IMG/VR virus record: IMGVR_UViG_3300023184_000039
Coordinates: 64,001-128,000 of that record
Reading direction: 5' to 3' (one strand)
Length of the DNA stretch: 64,000 nucleotides
From: a virus
Part shown: piece by piece, positions 61,466-64,000 of the stretch
How the letters are laid out: the number at the start of each line of letters is the position of its first letter
Numbering within the stretch: position 1 is the stretch's first letter
Made by a program: the position numbers and the translations under genes
The notes under the pieces: generated by a model
Databases searched by the model: none
What the model was told of the DNA's origin: nothing
The model's input: the letters and a program-made list of their open reading frames with translations, nothing else

Positions 61466-61819
61466 ATGGCTACAACGACAATGCAAGATTGCTGGAGTGA
61501 TGTAGAATATGCACTCAATGATGCGAAACTCATCGCATTCGATGGCTGCCACAAGATTTATCTTGCGATGGATGACATTGAGGCGAAGTGGTTTGTGGAT
61601 AATTACAACGGTAAAGGTTGTGATGACCGAACCTTTCTCGGCTCGCCCGATGAGATGCTCGCAACTATTCGCACTTGGTGGGATGAGTCTTGTGGACTTC
61701 GCTTCATCAATGCCGTATCGCACAACGAGCAAGACCCCAATGCTGGCTTCGTCACTCTCATCCCACAAGGTGCAGAGGATGAAGTAGAGGTCGATGAGGA
61801 TGAGGATGACGATGAGTAA
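61466..61819 (+). CDS. Conserved phage hypothetical protein
   Basis: AFDGCHKIY...W-x-x-SC-x-LRFI; GAGG SD. Confidence 0.65.
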   Translation: MATTTMQDCWSDVEYALNDAKLIAFDGCHKIYLAMDDIEAKWFVDNYNGKGCDDRTFLGSPDEMLATIRTWWDESCGLRFINAVSHNEQDPNAGFVTLIPQGAEDEVEVDEDEDDDE

Positions 61820-61962
61820 TCCAATAGAAGTGGACCTAGATACAGGACTAACAACGTGTTGCCTCGCCTACACAACTTATATGGATGATGGCAACGATGG
61901 TTGGATTGAGTGTTGCAAGGCTTGCTATGCAGAGATATCTGGCTGGGCCGGAGTTGCCCACT

Positions 61963-61992
61963 AGTCTCACAAGCGTCCCATTGGGATACGAT
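61963..61992 (+). promoter_or_regulatory. Tandem-heptamer promoter copy 12
   Basis: AGTCTCACAAGCGTCCCA-N6-TACGAT. Confidence 0.8.
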
Positions 61993-62023
61993 TACTTCAC
62001 CTACTAAACAGAAACGAGCAATT

Positions 62024-62425
62024 ATGAAACTTACTGGAACTATCTCAACGAACTGCCAATGCGGCCACCTTGATGGCGATTGTGACGGGTATTGCTACGA
62101 GTGGAGTCTCGAAGACTTCGCCAATGTCACGGAGTCATTGTTTGACGGGGAGACATACAATAATTCCTACCCGTTCAAGGTTGAGGGAATCGGATTGTGG
62201 AATCGTACCGTTGGTGGAGTCGTGTTGGTCGATGACTCCAATGGATTGGTAAGAGCGATGTCCGTAAACGGAGACTTCACACTTCGTTGGGAGTTTGACG
62301 AGGACACAAAAACTCTTGGTGCTCTATTGAGTCACCACGATTGCCCGACAGGTAGTTGGGTAACAGTCACCACAATGAGCCGTGACGAGTATATGATTGA
62401 GACTGGAGATTACACCTATGCCTAA
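62024..62425 (+). CDS. Hypothetical protein
   Basis: Start at ATG 62024 after promoter copy 12; SHHD-x-PTG motif. Confidence 0.6.
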   Translation: MKLTGTISTNCQCGHLDGDCDGYCYEWSLEDFANVTESLFDGETYNNSYPFKVEGIGLWNRTVGGVVLVDDSNGLVRAMSVNGDFTLRWEFDEDTKTLGALLSHHDCPTGSWVTVTTMSRDEYMIETGDYTYA

Positions 62426-62639
62426 TGAATCACTCACTCGCCTACAAGAGAGTCTTATGCGCACCATAAATACTCTCTCGGCACTTGTATCAGACATTGA
62501 GCAAGGTCAATACACTCAAGACAAGGCGGCCTTTGATTACGACTGTATGATGAACAACGATGGCTTAGACTTTATGTCATCGTTAGAGTCGTATGCGTTT
62601 GATGCGACCGTACCCGACAAACCGGCTGGAGAGCAATAA
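62418..62639 (+). CDS. Hypothetical protein
   Basis: GGAG SD, overlap-coupled. Confidence 0.5.
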   Translation: MPNESLTRLQESLMRTINTLSALVSDIEQGQYTQDKAAFDYDCMMNNDGLDFMSSLESYAFDATVPDKPAGEQ

Positions 62640-62932
62640 TGCGCGAAACTGATAGAAAATTACTACCGGTCCAACTCACGTACGATGAGATTGAGACTAC
62701 ACTCATCGCTCTTATCCTTCGACAAGAGGAGATTATGAGTATTCCGTTTGATGAGCGAACAGATACGACGCTCTACGAGCTTGACCATATCTTTGAGGTG
62801 AGCGAACACCTAAATGACGTGCAGCACCGATACGAGGAACTTGGAATAAGCGAGATTGAGCAAGTGGTGTCGCAAATTGACAGAGCGCAGCGACCTAAGA
62901 AAAATTGGTTGTCTCGGCTACTCAAACAATGA
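62639..62932 (+). CDS. Hypothetical protein
   Basis: TAATG coupling. Confidence 0.5.
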   Translation: MRETDRKLLPVQLTYDEIETTLIALILRQEEIMSIPFDERTDTTLYELDHIFEVSEHLNDVQHRYEELGISEIEQVVSQIDRAQRPKKNWLSRLLKQ

Positions 62933-63126
62933 CATCGGCTTACACCTGCCGGGTATGTAATCATCAGCTTGACCCAGCATCATCCAATACAGTTCGCAAG
63001 GTAACAGCCTGGTTGCGAGGCTCGAGCAAGACGATATATCGCATTACCGATGAACACTACGAGTATGTCCACGACTTCTGCACAGACCATAACAAGGTGG
63101 CCCAAAACTCGCTATTTGATGACTAG
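62929..63126 (+). CDS. Small Zn-ribbon-like protein
   Basis: C-x-x-C...H-x-x-C; ATGA coupling. Confidence 0.45.
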   Translation: MTSAYTCRVCNHQLDPASSNTVRKVTAWLRGSSKTIYRITDEHYEYVHDFCTDHNKVAQNSLFDD

Positions 63127-63383
63127 TAAAGTGTTTTTGGCAACACTTTTACTAGATGCTTGAGTTCGCTCTCAAGACCTGCTCCCTCTACATTATTCAG
63201 TAGGTCAATGAGTTGGTCAAGGAATGATGCCGCGTAACTAGGTACGGGTGTTTTTGCGACATTGGCAAAAAAACCTGTAAGGACTTCGTCAATGTCTGAA
63301 ACAAGGCCGGCACCTTCACAATTCGTGATGATGTCTCGTATGTCCTCAAGGTATTTCTTGTAGTCAATTTTGGTTGTTGTCAT
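63123..63383 (-). CDS. Small leaderless protein with an internal duplication
   Basis: D-x-x-x-N-x-EGAGL-x-S x2; ATG 6 nt after the -10 of copy 13. Confidence 0.6.
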   Translation of the reverse strand: MTTTKIDYKKYLEDIRDIITNCEGAGLVSDIDEVLTGFFANVAKTPVPSYAASFLDQLIDLLNNVEGAGLESELKHLVKVLPKTLY

Positions 63384-63385
63384 AA

Positions 63386-63631
63386 CTACATCTTACCTAT
63401 TTGGGACGCTTGTGAGACAGGTCGCTTATGCTGCTGTCTCTTGGACAGGGCAACCTCTAAGTTGGCTCGTGTATGTGCCGTGTCGCACCTGTAGCACCTA
63501 ATATCGGCATTGTAGGCATTGAGTCGTGTATCGCAATCGTGGCAGACTCGAACTATCTTTGCTCGCTCAATCACAATTTTGTTCTTTTTTATCTGAACGT
63601 ACTCAGCTGATGTTCGCTGTGGAATACTCAT
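63386..63631 (-). CDS. Small Zn-ribbon-like protein (resembles 54715-54939)
   Basis: RVC-x2-C-x-T-x-L-x-x-YN-x4-C-x2-C. Confidence 0.5.
   Translation of the reverse strand: MSIPQRTSAEYVQIKKNKIVIERAKIVRVCHDCDTRLNAYNADIRCYRCDTAHTRANLEVALSKRQQHKRPVSQASQIGKM
63390..63419 (-). promoter_or_regulatory. Tandem-heptamer promoter copy 13
   Basis: TGTCTCACAAGCGTCCCA-N6-TAAGAT-N6-ATG. Confidence 0.85.
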
Positions 63632-63638
63632 TGGCTAC

Positions 63639-63944
63639 CTAACAATTTGTCCAACGCTCGCCGGGGACGGTCAATGTGAGTTGGCAATTTTGATTTGGGG
63701 CCAGGAATATGTGTTGTCCTATTTGTAGATTTGTTCCGTACACCTGAACGTGATAATCAAGTGCTTCTTGTTTGTTGCCGTGACAATTTGAGCGAACAAT
63801 ATCCCACAATGTATCTCCCGATACAACAATGACTTCCACATTGTCACAAGTGAACTCAAGACGATGTTTGTAATCACGAACAAGAAACGCACCGAACAAT
63901 AGTCCAGCCGTGACACAACTCAATGCGAATAATCTCCGTAGCAT
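63639..63944 (-). CDS. Membrane-anchored LysM-domain protein
   Basis: N-terminal TM; V-x-SGDTLW-x-I...L-x-IGQ-x-I-x-L. Confidence 0.7.
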   Translation of the reverse strand: MLRRLFALSCVTAGLLFGAFLVRDYKHRLEFTCDNVEVIVVSGDTLWDIVRSNCHGNKQEALDYHVQVYGTNLQIGQHIFLAPNQNCQLTLTVPGERWTNC

Positions 63945-64000
63945 TATTTACCTACCTTTATGAGTGGGCGAGTAAGTTGATTTCGTACATTGAGTGTATC

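Noticed and set aside
47647-63419. The 18-bp repeat as a CRISPR array or integron attC sites
   Set aside because: Copies are irregularly spaced, on both strands, non-palindromic and always tied to a -10 hexamer; no cas gene or integrase in the window
47647-63419. Match to the mycobacterial PafBC/RecA-NDp promoter (TGTCGG-N10-TAnnnT)
   Set aside because: Shares TGTC but the spacing to the -10 does not fit either heptamer
1-64000. Stop-codon reassignment as the cause of the giant ORFs
   Set aside because: The ORFs are open in the standard code, and TAA, TAG and TGA all terminate recognisable genes

Overview
A 64-kb internal segment of a large tailed dsDNA phage with an HK97-fold capsid. The host is almost certainly an actinobacterium: there are two WhiB genes, an actinobacterial-type ferredoxin and many leaderless TAnnnT-N6-ATG genes. 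1-23.7 kb is a greatly expanded head module. It starts with a >3,900-aa ORF (start lies upstream of the window) that fuses an HK97-type prohead protease to about 24 L-G-S(-R)-delimited modules (six KTSC domains, ArdC ssDNA-binding/zincin, HTH-like units). Several probable head-internal proteins and the major capsid protein follow. 23.7-38.1 kb holds metabolic and accessory genes: Dps, nuclease, ferredoxin, two Fe(II)/2OG dioxygenases, tRNA-Asn, tRNA-Arg, HNH, class II RNR, DUF932, and a large C5 methyltransferase with a nested out-of-frame ORF. At ~38.15 kb 4-bp palindrome content drops abruptly (candidate genome end). A second 2,693-aa LGS-punctuated polyvalent protein follows (3 zincins, ParB-like, WYL, DEDDh exonuclease, GNAT) and shares an N-proximal DxDxDG tag with the first. 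47-64 kb holds replication and regulatory genes (TerS-like HTH, primase-helicase, SSB, SNF2/HARP helicase, WhiB x2) mixed with small genes driven by 13 copies of a conserved TGTCTCAnnnGCGTCCCA-N6-TAnnnT promoter. The best candidates for new biology are the protease-led LGS polyprotein cargo system and the tandem-heptamer promoter cassette regulon. All domain calls come from motif recognition by eye; no searches were run.
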